The notes under the pieces are model-generated. The model searched no databases. It was not told where the DNA came from and was given only the letters and a program-made list of their open reading frames with translations. Position numbers and translations under genes: made by a program. 64,000 bases of DNA, from positions 26,758-90,757 of the IMG/VR virus record IMGVR_UViG_3300023202_000137; one strand, given 5' to 3'. Positions 9,481 to 19,826 of this stretch are shown one piece after another (position 1 is the first letter of the stretch; every line of letters begins with the position of its first letter). Source of the DNA: a virus.

Positions 9481-10509
9481 CTAGATCGTTTCCATGACCA
9501 CCGTTGGCCATCCGTCTTCATAGTTCTCGAACTGTTCCGTAGGCCCGAGGTCGTCGTCGAATTCCGCGAAGGTAAGATCTGTGCCTGGGCCAACGAACCC
9601 AAACAAATAGTTTTCGTTGCCGCCCCATTCTTCCTCGAAGTCTTCGACTTGCTCTGTTGCAGTATCAAAGTCTGCGAAGTCTAGCGAGCCCGAGGTCAGG
9701 TCTGTCTCTATGACGCCCGCACCCCCTCCAGGAGCTAGCAGCTCATCCACCAGAACCATCGAATTGCTGGGGTCCTGCAAGATGGTGAGCGTAGCGCCGC
9801 TTGGGCTGCCAGTTGCCCTGGCCGCACTTGCGGTAACCGCTGCAGCTAGCCCTGCAGCAATTGCCGTTTCGTTGTCCCCGTCGGCAACGAACGATGCCGT
9901 AATCGGCGACACCACCGAGTTTTCGTCGATGACTCCGAAGGTGATTCGCCACTCTCCATCTGCAGCAATGTCGATGCGGACACGTACTGGTGTGAAGGAC
10001 ACGAGAAACGGATCGTTGTCCCACTCTTCCTCGAAGTCCTCGAAGGCTTCCGGGATAGCAGAGTCAAAGACAGCCGCCGCCGTACTGACCAGCTCGTCGC
10101 TGAAGTTCTGATTGTCTAACCAGCCTTCCTCGAAGTCTTCAAAGGATTCCAGCACTCCAATGCTTTGGTCGAACTGTGCATTCGAAAGGTCTGCAAGCTC
10201 AAAGGCTGTTTTGAAGTCGTCGTTGCCCCATCCAAGCTCGAACCCGTCGAACGCGACAGTTGGCGGGGAACTCTGGTTGAATGCTGCGTACTCTTCTTTG
10301 CTGGCTTTGGTCAGAACGTTCCAGAAAATTGCATCGCCAGGGTTTGGTCCGCCAACCTCAAAATCAAGGTTTGCTACGTTGCAGTCAATTAGCGTCCCTG
10401 TGAGAGCAGACACGGCATCGAGAGAAGCAGCGAGCCCAACAAGGACCCCCATGTTCCCGCCCATTGCTGATTGCCCAGCGAGGGTCCCCTCCATTTCGAT
10501 GATGGCCAT
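9481..10509 (-). CDS. Acidic baseplate-region protein with FEDFEExW repeats
   Basis: Five imperfect repeats: FDGFELGW, FEDFEEGW, FEDFEEEW, VEDFEEEW, FENYEDGW. Confidence 0.65.
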   Translation of the reverse strand: MAIIEMEGTLAGQSAMGGNMGVLVGLAASLDAVSALTGTLIDCNVANLDFEVGGPNPGDAIFWNVLTKASKEEYAAFNQSSPPTVAFDGFELGWGNDDFKTAFELADLSNAQFDQSIGVLESFEDFEEGWLDNQNFSDELVSTAAAVFDSAIPEAFEDFEEEWDNDPFLVSFTPVRVRIDIAADGEWRITFGVIDENSVVSPITASFVADGDNETAIAAGLAAAVTASAARATGSPSGATLTILQDPSNSMVLVDELLAPGGGAGVIETDLTSGSLDFADFDTATEQVEDFEEEWGGNENYLFGFVGPGTDLTFAEFDDDLGPTEQFENYEDGWPTVVMETI

Positions 10510-12041
10510 TAGAGATCTAGTCCGGTGTCTCCGTTGATGATTGTGACGTTACCAATGATCGGGAACTCGTCGTTCTCAAGCGGTACGTCTCGATCACTCA
10601 GGTTCAGCAAAAAGTCCTCGAAGGAATCACCGATCTTTCGTACCCCGCTCGTGTCGCGCACGGCGTTGTAAACATCGGAGAAAGCAACCTCGCCCGCAGG
10701 ATTTCCGCTCGCATCTTTGAAGTTGAATCCAAAGTCTACGTTGGGGTTTGGGATTTCATCACCGCTTGCATCGGTTGTGACCAAGTCGAAGAATGCTTGA
10801 AGGCTCGCAAGTATCGCAGCTCGCACCGTGGCAGAGTTTGCCCCTTGCTGCAGAAACACGGTGGCCGAAATGTCGATAGCCAAAAATGAGGGGTCTACCA
10901 CGAACAGCTTGAATGTCACCGTGTTTGGAAATGTCTCGGTCACCTGTACCAGCACTGCGTCCTTTAGGGCGGTTGATGGAACGCCCCCCCCGGTGGGAAT
11001 GATGGTGAGCTGCCCTTGGTTCTCTGGGATCCCTGGGTCCTGGTCGGAGGTCAGCATCAAAGCACGAGCTACGCCGGGAACTTTGAGTGCGTTGATCTCG
11101 TAGTCTTCCCTTGCAACCGTTCGATTCAGAACACGGAGAGATAGCGGTGCCTGCAAGCGCGCAGTTGCAACACTCATCCGAGGCCCACCACCGCTGGCTT
11201 TCAGAAGGTTCTCTACCCCAACACGAACAGGATTCCCGAAGCTATCCTGAAAGGTGCCTTCCACTACCTGAATGTCGCCAACCTCAACGTTTCCATCCGA
11301 TCCACCGCCAATCTTAAAGTCGAACGTGATGGTTCCGGTGGGGATCAACCCCTGTATGCCGTCTCCAAAACGAACGCGTGCGCGGTCGTTTTGATCAACA
11401 GACACCGTGAAGTGACGGTCGGTTGCTTCGCTTTCCAGAAAGTTGTCTACCTCGGTAAAGGTTCCCTGGGGAGTGCTGATGACCATCGATCCGTCGAGGT
11501 ACGGAGTACGCAGAAGCAAAAACTCTTGGTCTCGAAGGCCGGTCGAAGCTCGCGTGTCCTGAACTGTCTCGCTGTTCTCAACGCTGACCCCTGTGATTTC
11601 TGCAGGGTCCGCACCTGCAGGGATGACGGCCTCTGCTAGAAGTTGGAAGCGCACCGGATCGGTGATCTCCAGAGTGCGAACGATGGTTCCAACAGGAAAG
11701 GTAACCGACCCAGGCGTTGGCCCGTCCGGCAGAAACAGGCGAGTGTCTACGCTTGCTGCGGTTTGCGTTGGAAGCTCGAAGCCTATGAGCTTTGCGAGTG
11801 CGATGATCGAACGTCGCTGGGTTGCTGTAACGATGAATGCTTCGTTTGCCTGGTTGTCCTGGTACAAGCCAAGAACGTCGCCGACGAACGCCATCAGCTC
11901 CATCAAAAGATTCCCGAAGCTCAGCACGTTGAAGTCGGTCCAGTCCGGGAAGATAGATCGAATCAACCGGATGAGTCGTTCACGAAGTGCGTCGAAATCC
12001 TTGTCGGTGTAGTCAACGCTGCGTGGGAGAATGGAAGTCAC
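10509..12041 (-). CDS. Baseplate J / gp47 family protein
   Basis: DYTDKDFDALR, VRFGDGIQG.IP, RTVAREDYE motifs. Confidence 0.93.
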   Translation of the reverse strand: MTSILPRSVDYTDKDFDALRERLIRLIRSIFPDWTDFNVLSFGNLLMELMAFVGDVLGLYQDNQANEAFIVTATQRRSIIALAKLIGFELPTQTAASVDTRLFLPDGPTPGSVTFPVGTIVRTLEITDPVRFQLLAEAVIPAGADPAEITGVSVENSETVQDTRASTGLRDQEFLLLRTPYLDGSMVISTPQGTFTEVDNFLESEATDRHFTVSVDQNDRARVRFGDGIQGLIPTGTITFDFKIGGGSDGNVEVGDIQVVEGTFQDSFGNPVRVGVENLLKASGGGPRMSVATARLQAPLSLRVLNRTVAREDYEINALKVPGVARALMLTSDQDPGIPENQGQLTIIPTGGGVPSTALKDAVLVQVTETFPNTVTFKLFVVDPSFLAIDISATVFLQQGANSATVRAAILASLQAFFDLVTTDASGDEIPNPNVDFGFNFKDASGNPAGEVAFSDVYNAVRDTSGVRKIGDSFEDFLLNLSDRDVPLENDEFPIIGNVTIINGDTGLDL

Positions 12042-12469
12042 ACCAGCACCTCAACTGTGTCTGGGCCCAGCAACACTTGGTTGCCTGGCACGTTCTGATC
12101 GATGAAAGCCCAGACCACCTTGAGCACCATCTGGTTTTGCTCGTCGATTCGCTCGGGCTCTATCAGCTCGATGTCGAGCACGCGAACCCTGGTATCCTGA
12201 CGTGCGAGAGCTTCCTGCGCAAAGATGCGGGCCTTCTCTCTGTTCGCCGGACTATTGTTTGCGTGACGCAACGTGTAAAGGAGCGACCCGGCTTCGGTGC
12301 GCCACGGAAGCTCCCCTTGGGCCACCGCAGATGCAGCCCGGGTTCCAAGCACCTGACCGATGGTCGCGCGAATTAGCGACGACGCTTCGGCGTGCGCAAA
12401 GTCTCCCTTGCCGTCCCGTTGGAACGGTCGTATCAGGCCCGACCCTAGAAACGACTTGAAGCTGCTCAT
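12038..12469 (-). CDS. Baseplate GPW/gp25 family protein
   Basis: IGQVLGT...GELPWRTEAGSLL...EALARQDTRVRV; directly upstream of baseplate J. Confidence 0.9.
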   Translation of the reverse strand: MSSFKSFLGSGLIRPFQRDGKGDFAHAEASSLIRATIGQVLGTRAASAVAQGELPWRTEAGSLLYTLRHANNSPANREKARIFAQEALARQDTRVRVLDIELIEPERIDEQNQMVLKVVWAFIDQNVPGNQVLLGPDTVEVLV

Positions 12470-12473
12470 GCCC

Positions 12474-13187
12474 TCACACCGGAATCGCGTTGCGTACGTT
12501 CGAGATTATATCTACCACGCTATTGAGTAGTTGCACGAGGTCTTCCAGTGACTCGGGGTCTCCAGCCCCGCTGATGTCTATGGGGCTCTGCCCGATAAGG
12601 GGCAGAATGATGTTGACCGAATCGAGCAACGCTCCGAGAGATCCAAGTGAGTTGGCAACGTTCGTTGCCGACGTGTCTACGTCTGTCTGTGCGCACTCAA
12701 GGAACTGATCGAGGTTGGGGTCGTTCAAGGCTTCTGCCTGCTCAACTAGCAAGGCAATGCGTTCGGTGTCTTCTAGAAGTTTCTCTAGAGTACCAACTGC
12801 TCCCTCCAAAAACGCAATGACGGCATCGAGTGTTCCCACGATGAAAAGCGGCGCAGAGATCTGAGGAACGAGCGCGAGCAGTTGGGAGATCTTCTCTTGA
12901 AGGTCCGGGATGCAGTCCAAGATCGGACTCGGGTTGAGCTGGGAGATTGCTTTGGGCACTGCGAGTACGCAATCAAACAGTGTTTGAATCGTGCCGATGA
13001 TATCGAACAACGGTTTCATCGGAGCAAGTGCGGTACCGGCTTGTGCCATGATGTTGGCCGCAGGTACTTCAGGAAGCTCGATCTCTGCCACACTCTGCTG
13101 AATGCTTTGTAGAGTCGCCCCACCCGGGAAGGTGATGGTCAGTGCCGGTGGTGGGTCTGGGAGCTGGACGCAATCTGCGATAGCCAT
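12474..13187 (-). CDS. Helical baseplate-spike-associated hypothetical protein
   Basis: 237-aa amphipathic ORF between spike and gp25 genes. Confidence 0.6.
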   Translation of the reverse strand: MAIADCVQLPDPPPALTITFPGGATLQSIQQSVAEIELPEVPAANIMAQAGTALAPMKPLFDIIGTIQTLFDCVLAVPKAISQLNPSPILDCIPDLQEKISQLLALVPQISAPLFIVGTLDAVIAFLEGAVGTLEKLLEDTERIALLVEQAEALNDPNLDQFLECAQTDVDTSATNVANSLGSLGALLDSVNIILPLIGQSPIDISGAGDPESLEDLVQLLNSVVDIISNVRNAIPV

Positions 13188-13196
13188 GTGTACCTC

Positions 13197-13772
13197 TCAA
13201 ATTGGTTTGTTGCTCGGCGTCACTTTGCGTCCTTTGATTTGAACGTTTGGCGCGTCGATGTTCACGATACCAATGGACTGAATGTCCACCGATGTTGTTC
13301 CTTGAATCGTGATGCTGTTTTCCTCCGCGTTCATCTCTATCAGGTCGCCAGTCTTGCGGTTGATGATCTGCAGCACGCGCCCATCCTGCGTGTCGTCCAG
13401 AAGGATACCCCAATTCTCGCTGCTCCAGATCTGAGCATCTAGTTTTCCCGCAACCTCTGCAGGAATTTCGTCGCGACCTTGGGATGCTGCCTGATAGTAT
13501 GGGTGGTCTGGGTCACCACGGTTAAACCAAATCGCAACGGCTGCTCCGAGGCGAGGTACGCCATCGAACCCAACACCCTTGGATCCACCTGCAGCCGGGC
13601 CACCAAGGGGAAATGCCCATGCACTCGACGGCTCAATGAGCCCTGGGATCTTCACCTTGACTCGACGAAGCTCCGGGTCTCGGTCAACAACTTCTCCAAT
13701 ATACATCCCGAAAAATCGTTGCTCTTCGTCGTCATATTGCCCGTCGTCGAATCCACTGAAGCCACCCATCAC
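13197..13772 (-). CDS. Baseplate assembly protein V / gp5-like spike
   Basis: OB-fold motifs GMYIGEVVD.DP...RVKVKIP...WA.P...VP..G..V.I.F..GDPDHP. Confidence 0.9.
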   Translation of the reverse strand: MMGGFSGFDDGQYDDEEQRFFGMYIGEVVDRDPELRRVKVKIPGLIEPSSAWAFPLGGPAAGGSKGVGFDGVPRLGAAVAIWFNRGDPDHPYYQAASQGRDEIPAEVAGKLDAQIWSSENWGILLDDTQDGRVLQIINRKTGDLIEMNAEENSITIQGTTSVDIQSIGIVNIDAPNVQIKGRKVTPSNKPI

Positions 13773-14974
13773 GTACCTCGCTTTATTGGGTTGGGATGGA
13801 ATGTGGTTTCGCCGCTCATCTCATTAACACGTTCAAACAGCTCGTTTCCTTCTTTCACTTGCTTGGTGTTCTTGTCCGCATCCGTGTCGCTTCCCCCGAG
13901 TGCTACTCGCAAGGCGCTTCCGCGTCGCAGATTGATTGCCTGATCGTAGCCGTTGCCCGTGATCGTGTGTTTGGAAACAGCCACGTAGTATTTCCCAGAC
14001 AGGTAGTCCCCCATCCCCCCAACCTCGATCACGCGCTTGGCTGTCAGGGTAGGGTCTCCCACGATATTCAACTTCATCTTGATTCGCTCACGCGAGGCTT
14101 TGCGAAATCGTGCGTCAGCCTCTCGCTTTGCCTGCCGCTCATTCTTTGCCGACGAGTAGTGTCGCGTACCTGTCGCGTTCCGATCCTGGATGCTGGTTTC
14201 TCCGGTGCGTGGGTCGACTACCTCTATCTGATTACCTAGCTCCGTCCTCGACGTTTTCGAGTCTGACCCTTCCCCCTCAAACTCTTTTTTCGTTTCCGGG
14301 TCTCGACCTTTGACTCTGATGTTTGCTGGTTGGTGTGCGAGATTGGCGTCCAACTCAAAGCTGATGATGTCCCCCCGACCAGGGTCGGTGAAATATTGAA
14401 GACGATGGGTTGGTTGCGTGTCGAACTCTTCCTCATGCCAATGCAATCCCGTGTGATCCACGTAGAAGGTGAATCCTTCCTTGTTTGCAAGTCGCTTGAG
14501 TAGCCGGGCGTCGGTCTCTGCAGCCTGCACGATGGTCTCGAACTCTTCGTCGGTATTCTCGACGAAGAGAAAGTTCCTGTCGAACCCGTTCTCTATAGCG
14601 ATCTGTCGCACCACATCTGATCGACGTACGTTGTTGAAGGTGCGAGTCTTTTGCTCGCGGTCCATAAGTACGCTTGTCGCTAGTGCCTCTACTGTGAGAT
14701 CGATACCCCCTCGAACCTTTTTGACCACCACCTGTCGTGGCGGGTGCATGTTGCCAATGTACCCCCAGGCCACTTCGAGCAATTGACCACGAGCCCAGGT
14801 TTCGTCGTCAATCATTTCCAAGTCCCAGTTATCGAGCTTGATAATGCATCGGTCAGCCATTCGTGCGTTGTCTTCGAACTCGAAGGACATAAGACGATCT
14901 TGCAGGTCCACACGCCGGTCTGAGTCATCCCCCCCGACAATACGAATGGAAACTACAGGACCGTCACGGCTCAC
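13769..14974 (-). CDS. Baseplate hub (phage late control D family)
   Basis: Q..ETDARLLKRLA...GFTFYV and YLSGKYYV..SKHTI motifs. Confidence 0.9.
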   Translation of the reverse strand: MSRDGPVVSIRIVGGDDSDRRVDLQDRLMSFEFEDNARMADRCIIKLDNWDLEMIDDETWARGQLLEVAWGYIGNMHPPRQVVVKKVRGGIDLTVEALATSVLMDREQKTRTFNNVRRSDVVRQIAIENGFDRNFLFVENTDEEFETIVQAAETDARLLKRLANKEGFTFYVDHTGLHWHEEEFDTQPTHRLQYFTDPGRGDIISFELDANLAHQPANIRVKGRDPETKKEFEGEGSDSKTSRTELGNQIEVVDPRTGETSIQDRNATGTRHYSSAKNERQAKREADARFRKASRERIKMKLNIVGDPTLTAKRVIEVGGMGDYLSGKYYVAVSKHTITGNGYDQAINLRRGSALRVALGGSDTDADKNTKQVKEGNELFERVNEMSGETTFHPNPIKRGT

Positions 14975-15313
14975 CTAGAAAAGCTCTCGTCGTTTGGGGT
15001 TGAATATTTCCTCGCGCACAGTTCTCTCTGATGGGACAAAAAGAACCGTACCTTCCTCCAGCTCTAGCGTTGGATCGTGAATTGGGTTTGGCTGAAAATC
15101 AGCAATGATCCACCAAAGGCCTGATGGGCGCTCGGTCACTCCTTTGAAGTACCTGCCCGCAATCGTGAACAGACTTTCCCCCGCAGAAACCAAGTGCTGC
15201 ACGTTATCGTTCAAGTCCTGAAAGCGAAACGGAACGCGCCGTGTCAGGACGCGAACGCCGTTTGCTTCGATGGCGCTTGTGAACTCGTGTCGGCTGTTGA
15301 GTCGTGGAGGCAT
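14975..15313 (-). CDS. LysM / tail X-like baseplate protein
   Basis: HLVSAGESLFTIAGRYF...LWWIIADFQ...DP..L..GTVLFVP. Confidence 0.85.
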   Translation of the reverse strand: MPPRLNSRHEFTSAIEANGVRVLTRRVPFRFQDLNDNVQHLVSAGESLFTIAGRYFKGVTERPSGLWWIIADFQPNPIHDPTLELEEGTVLFVPSERTVREEIFNPKRRELF

Positions 15314-15885
15314 TACAGGTTTGCCCTTCTGCTCCCTTGAAAGAATACGTCCTCAGACACCATGCGAACGTCACGGATCTCTGCGAAGTTCACTGTCGCA
15401 ATGTAGATCAAAGGGCTTCCGTCGGTGGCAAACTGCAAGTAGCGGATTCGTAAATCATTCAGTGTGCACACGAGTGAAATCACCTTGGGCCAAATAAACA
15501 GAACGCGTGGAGGAGCCCCGCCCGCTACAGTTCTGGCGTTCGCACGAGGCACGGTCAGACTCTGCAGAAATCGCTTGAACAGCAGTATGTCTCTCGGGGG
15601 GGAGGGTGGGCCCGTCAGGTTTCGGTTGAGCTGCTCTTGCTGGCTCGCTTGGGCAAAGGCTGACACGTAGAATTGGACACCGGGGATTGTGTGCGGCCCA
15701 GTCCCAACGTACTGCCTGGTCGGGTGACTTTGGCCAACGATCTGCTTTTCGGCCCATCGCACATTGATGGATTCTTCCAACTCGGTCGGGTTGAAGGGGA
15801 ATTCGAACTCGCGTTGGTCCACACCTTCGAGGGGATCGACCAGAGTCAGAGTGCCACGGGCTGGGAATGCGGTACCTGGGAACAT
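15313..15885 (-). CDS. Tail tube initiator (CIS tube-like protein)
   Basis: FPFNPTEL...QYVGTG...APPRVLFIW...F..DGSP; follows the tape measure gene. Confidence 0.8.
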   Translation of the reverse strand: MFPGTAFPARGTLTLVDPLEGVDQREFEFPFNPTELEESINVRWAEKQIVGQSHPTRQYVGTGPHTIPGVQFYVSAFAQASQQEQLNRNLTGPPSPPRDILLFKRFLQSLTVPRANARTVAGGAPPRVLFIWPKVISLVCTLNDLRIRYLQFATDGSPLIYIATVNFAEIRDVRMVSEDVFFQGSRRANL

Positions 15886-15887
15886 AG

Positions 15888-18326
15888 CTACACCGTAGGC
15901 ACCGGAGCGTGACTACGTCCAGCAGCAGATCGCTGCCCGTTGTTGGCTGCGCGAGCAATTTCTTCCCCATCCACCTGCACGCTTACCGTCTGTGGTCGCT
16001 CGACAAATTGTTCGAGCTTTTGAAGAAGCGTACGCATCATGTCCCCAGACCCCTCCTCCTGGCGTCGTGGATCCTGCTTGGATGCCACCACCTGGGCGAC
16101 CGATGGAGCACTCACCGGGCTGACTGTCGGAGCTGTGGGTGGCTTCTTTTCGCCTGGGCCAGAGGTCGGCGCGTCGCTGTTGAAGCCTAGATCGATGTCG
16201 AATCCAAAGAGGGAAGCAATGCCTTCGTTCACTCGCGCAGCGACGCTCAGGAACTTCAGTAGTTTGCTCGTGATGGCGTTCATGGCAGAGGTCCCAAGGT
16301 CTTTGACGAGCTGCCAGGATTTGGCGAAGTTCCCAGAGATTAGGTTTGCGATGATAGCAATGGTCGATGCAATGAGATTTGCGATGGGGGAGAACACCTC
16401 ACCAAGAACCTTCCAGACAAAACTCACCACGCGAACTGCTGCAGCGATCTGTTTCAATATCGGAACAATGAGCGTAACGCTGATCCCTGCTACGACTGCG
16501 AGCACTCGCCCAAGCGCTTCCCCTGCAGCCCTGAAGGCTTCAAATGCTGTTGCGTTTTCCTTGGGGTTTCCAGGTCCAGAAAACACGAACCCGAACGCCT
16601 CCCCGACTTCGCGAAGGGCTCCGACGAAAATATCGAACAGAGGTTCAACAAACGTAAAGCCAGCCTTGAGCCCTTCGATCAGTCCGTCGAAGAATCCCTT
16701 GATTCGATTCACGAGCACGAACACGCGAATAGCGAATCCTTTGACGCCTTGGTTTTCAGCCTTCGATAGCTCCTCTTGAACTGCACCAGAGAATCCACCC
16801 TGTGAAAACAGTTGCGCCATGGCTTGGAAAAATAGCTTCACACGCTCAAAGATTCCGCGAACTAGATCTCCGAACCCACCAAGATTTGCGTCAAACGCTG
16901 CTTTTACGAGCTTGAAGGCGACAACGAGACCACCAACAGCAAGCGCAAACGGAGCAACCGCAGCCAACGCGCCACCCAACAAAGCAACGAACCCGCTCAA
17001 GATCACACCCAAAAGAGCCAGACCACCTTGCACTAAAAGAAGCGTACCTGCTGCGGCGAGAAAGGCACTTCCAAAGACAAAGACACCAGCGACAATCTTC
17101 TGCATGTCCGGCCCAAGAGCTTGAAACCCTTTGATGACAGCATTGAGCGCGTTCGTTATGCCTTCGACAAAGGGGCGGAATATTTCAGCGAATGGCCGAC
17201 CGAACACAATCGCCAAAGTCTGCAAAGTACCACCCAGCAAGGTTTTCTGACCTTCAAACTTATCGAGAAGTTGATCCTTGAACTCTTTGGCTGTTCCCTC
17301 TGCATTGGCCATCTTTCGTCGAAGTTCCTCGATTGCTTCGGCCCCCCGCAGTGTTACCTGCTCACCATCTCTCACTACCTGGGTTGTTGCGCGCTGGATG
17401 GCATTGAACGCGAGCATCCCTCGTGCTCCGAACGCAGTAGCTAGTCGTTGCTGCCTCTGCTTGTCGGTCATGTTCTCGGTGGCACTTGCAAAGTCTAGTG
17501 AGATATCGATCAAAGATCGCATCTGCCCTGTTTGTTCGTCGAATACCTTCACCCCTTTTTCAGTGAGTTGTCGTTGTGCATTTTGGTCAGCACCAAGTCG
17601 TCGTACAGCTTCACGAAAGGCAGTAGCGGAACTCGACGCATCAATGTTGGCGTTTCGCAACTGACCGACCGTGATCAATGTATCATCCAGGGTTTGGCCG
17701 AATTGAGATCCCGCCGCCGCTGCTTTCGCAAGCCCAACACTGAAGTCGCGAGTTTGGAAATTGGTAAGCTGAGTCACACGCAGCAACTTGTCCGTCACAC
17801 CCCCAGCTTCCTCGGCTGCTATTCCATACGAGTTTAGGGTACCGACCACAGCTTCAGCAGCTCCAGCAACACCCAATTGCCCGAGAGATCCTGCAGCAAG
17901 ATCGAGCACCGGTAACAAGGTCTCGGTCGCCTGGGCTGCATTCTGCCCAGCGGTTGCTAGTGATGTCAGTCCAGAGACAGCTTGGTCGGGAGAGAACTGC
18001 GTTTCTATGCCTGCCTGGACCGCCGCCTCTTCAAGGGATTTCATCTCTGCCGTAGTGGCTTTGGTAACAGCCCCAACAGCAGCAACCGACTGCTCGAACT
18101 TACCTGCGGCACCTGCGAGAGCAAAGCTGGTTGCCAGACCCGCAGCTCCAACACCCGCAAGAATGAAACCAGCTTTTACCTGGCCCATCCCTTTGCCGAT
18201 TCGAGCTGCTGCAGCATCAGAAGTTGCAGCAGTTTGTTGTAGGTCGCGCTGTACGCTCTTGAATGTTGCAGCACCAAGGTTCTGGGCCGTAAAGACAAAA
18301 CCGAGACCCAGACTATTCAGCGCCAT
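15888..18326 (-). CDS. Tail tape measure protein (TP901-like core)
   Basis: 812 aa, Ala/Gly-rich. [26 protein letters not shown], hydrophobic central helices. Confidence 0.93.
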   Translation of the reverse strand: MALNSLGLGFVFTAQNLGAATFKSVQRDLQQTAATSDAAAARIGKGMGQVKAGFILAGVGAAGLATSFALAGAAGKFEQSVAAVGAVTKATTAEMKSLEEAAVQAGIETQFSPDQAVSGLTSLATAGQNAAQATETLLPVLDLAAGSLGQLGVAGAAEAVVGTLNSYGIAAEEAGGVTDKLLRVTQLTNFQTRDFSVGLAKAAAAGSQFGQTLDDTLITVGQLRNANIDASSSATAFREAVRRLGADQNAQRQLTEKGVKVFDEQTGQMRSLIDISLDFASATENMTDKQRQQRLATAFGARGMLAFNAIQRATTQVVRDGEQVTLRGAEAIEELRRKMANAEGTAKEFKDQLLDKFEGQKTLLGGTLQTLAIVFGRPFAEIFRPFVEGITNALNAVIKGFQALGPDMQKIVAGVFVFGSAFLAAAGTLLLVQGGLALLGVILSGFVALLGGALAAVAPFALAVGGLVVAFKLVKAAFDANLGGFGDLVRGIFERVKLFFQAMAQLFSQGGFSGAVQEELSKAENQGVKGFAIRVFVLVNRIKGFFDGLIEGLKAGFTFVEPLFDIFVGALREVGEAFGFVFSGPGNPKENATAFEAFRAAGEALGRVLAVVAGISVTLIVPILKQIAAAVRVVSFVWKVLGEVFSPIANLIASTIAIIANLISGNFAKSWQLVKDLGTSAMNAITSKLLKFLSVAARVNEGIASLFGFDIDLGFNSDAPTSGPGEKKPPTAPTVSPVSAPSVAQVVASKQDPRRQEEGSGDMMRTLLQKLEQFVERPQTVSVQVDGEEIARAANNGQRSAAGRSHAPVPTV

Positions 18327-18332
18327 CTCAAC

Positions 18333-18581
18333 CTACTTTGTTTTGCTTGCCTCTTTGATCGCTTTGGCTTCTGCCTTCCGCTGATCAGTAATCCTTTCGG
18401 CAAGCCAGTTCCTATGAGTCACCGTTAGCTCCAGGTAGTCAGACCGAGAAATCCCGTACCCGCTACCTCCGTGCTGACTCCAGAGTACACCAAACTCTAG
18501 CTCCTGACACTGCTCTGCATCTGGGATGATTCCGAGATATCCTCCTGCACCTGGGATCTCTTCTTGCTGCGAGAAAAAAAA
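18333..18581 (-). CDS. Minus-1 frameshift extension of tail assembly chaperone (gpGT-like)
   Basis: U8 slippery run (A8 at 18574-18581 on +). The -1 frame reads FSQQEEIPG...[11 protein letters not shown]...[26 protein letters not shown] and stops at 18333, just before the tape measure ATG; it has no ATG of its own. Confidence 0.75.
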   Translation of the reverse strand, partial: FFFSQQEEIPGAGGYLGIIPDAEQCQELEFGVLWSQHGGSGYGISRSDYLELTVTHRNWLAERITDQRKAEAKAIKEASKTK

Positions 18582-19285
18582 TTTTGGCTACCCACCGGCA
18601 ACTCAGTGTCGAACTGAAAATCGCAGTGGGGACACTCAACATCAATAGTGGTCTCTATCCCACACCCTGCCCGGTCGAATTCTTCTCGAAGCTCCTGAGC
18701 CTGATCTGAGTCGAGGTTCTCGATCCAGGATCGCAATTGCTTCTTCTCTACCCCTTCCACTTCGATAATCTGCAGCAGCATCGACTCGGTTGCGAGCTGA
18801 TCCCGCTTCTCTGCTCGGATTCTCGTGTGAGCCTTCTGCACGTCAGCAGTGAGTAGCTTGAAATGCACCCTTGTTCCGTTGAGGGTGGTCTCGAATCGGT
18901 TTCCATCTTTGTAGATTCGTTCCGATTCCTCGGACAGCTTCTTTAGTTCGAGCTTATCGAGAGGTACCTCCCACTCAAACTGCTGTTTGCAGAGAGGGTT
19001 TACACACTGCTGACGAAAGGCAAAGTCCTTGCCGTAGGTGGCGATCCGCATCTGCATAACCGCGTAGAAATGATCTCCAACGAGAACGCGCGACCAATTT
19101 GGTCGACCACCGTCAGGAATGGGGTAGGGTCCAACTGCGGTGGTTTCCTCCCAGATTGAAGCCAGAACCTTGTTGAGGCCCGATCCGTTACGCGCCTGGC
19201 GCGTGTCGGAAAGGATGTTCTCTTCTTTGACTTTGAGTTTGCGGATGACCCCAGACAACCCGCTGGGGCAAGTGATTTCAGGCAT
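18497..19285 (-). CDS. Tail assembly chaperone (T4 gp26-like hub chaperone family)
   Basis: Between tube and tape measure. LVGD..YAVM..RIATYG, CxxxxC and CPHC motifs, ends near NFF. Confidence 0.8.
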   Translation of the reverse strand: MPEITCPSGLSGVIRKLKVKEENILSDTRQARNGSGLNKVLASIWEETTAVGPYPIPDGGRPNWSRVLVGDHFYAVMQMRIATYGKDFAFRQQCVNPLCKQQFEWEVPLDKLELKKLSEESERIYKDGNRFETTLNGTRVHFKLLTADVQKAHTRIRAEKRDQLATESMLLQIIEVEGVEKKQLRSWIENLDSDQAQELREEFDRAGCGIETTIDVECPHCDFQFDTELPVGSQNFFSRSKKRSQVQEDISESSQMQSSVRS

Positions 19286-19302
19286 TGGAGCCTCCGTATC
19301 TT

Positions 19303-19333
19303 CGCGACCCTTATTGGTCGCGCTGTACCTGTT
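19303..19333 (-). promoter_or_regulatory. Intergenic motif AACAGGTACAG, copy 2, plus 7-bp hairpin
   Basis: Motif at 19323-19333 followed on the minus strand by CGCGACC-AATAAG-GGTCGCG. Confidence 0.55.
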
Positions 19334-19341
19334 CTTCGACT

Positions 19342-19809
19342 CTAGCCGTCGCTAGGATCGAAGTAGTCATACGTCACGGTAACCGAGTTGATGGTGACTT
19401 CATCGGCGTTGTTATCCCAATCCCCTGCAACGAAGTTGGTGGGCCATGCTTTGTTGAGCTGCCACCGTCGAAGCTCGGAACCGTCACGATCTTGCTGCAC
19501 AACATCTGCGTCGCGCTTGTACTCTTCATCGACCAAACCGGTACCGGTCGCAGCGTCCGCCACTTCCTTGAACCAATTGTACAGGTCGAGATCTTCAGTG
19601 GCCCCACGCCCCAGGGTCACGTCGGAGAACGTCACACGCCCAGGACTCTTGTTGGGGATGATTGCGCCACCCTCGTAGTATTCGACCTTCGCCGCCTCTG
19701 CGGACAGCTCGCTCGCCGTTTGGAACCCGGCTCGGTCGAATCCGTCAACATCCACAATGAACTTGAACTTCTTGTGGAAGCTACGGGGATTTCCTTGCAG
19801 TGAAGGCAT
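19342..19809 (-). CDS. Tail tube protein (T4 gp19-like)
   Basis: FKFIVDVDG...F...S.L.....V.YYEGG...K.PGR..FSDVTL.RG...LYNW...W.L..AWP. Confidence 0.93.
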   Translation of the reverse strand: MPSLQGNPRSFHKKFKFIVDVDGFDRAGFQTASELSAEAAKVEYYEGGAIIPNKSPGRVTFSDVTLGRGATEDLDLYNWFKEVADAATGTGLVDEEYKRDADVVQQDRDGSELRRWQLNKAWPTNFVAGDWDNNADEVTINSVTVTYDYFDPSDG

Positions 19810-19826
19810 GGATCAACTCCTTGTGG

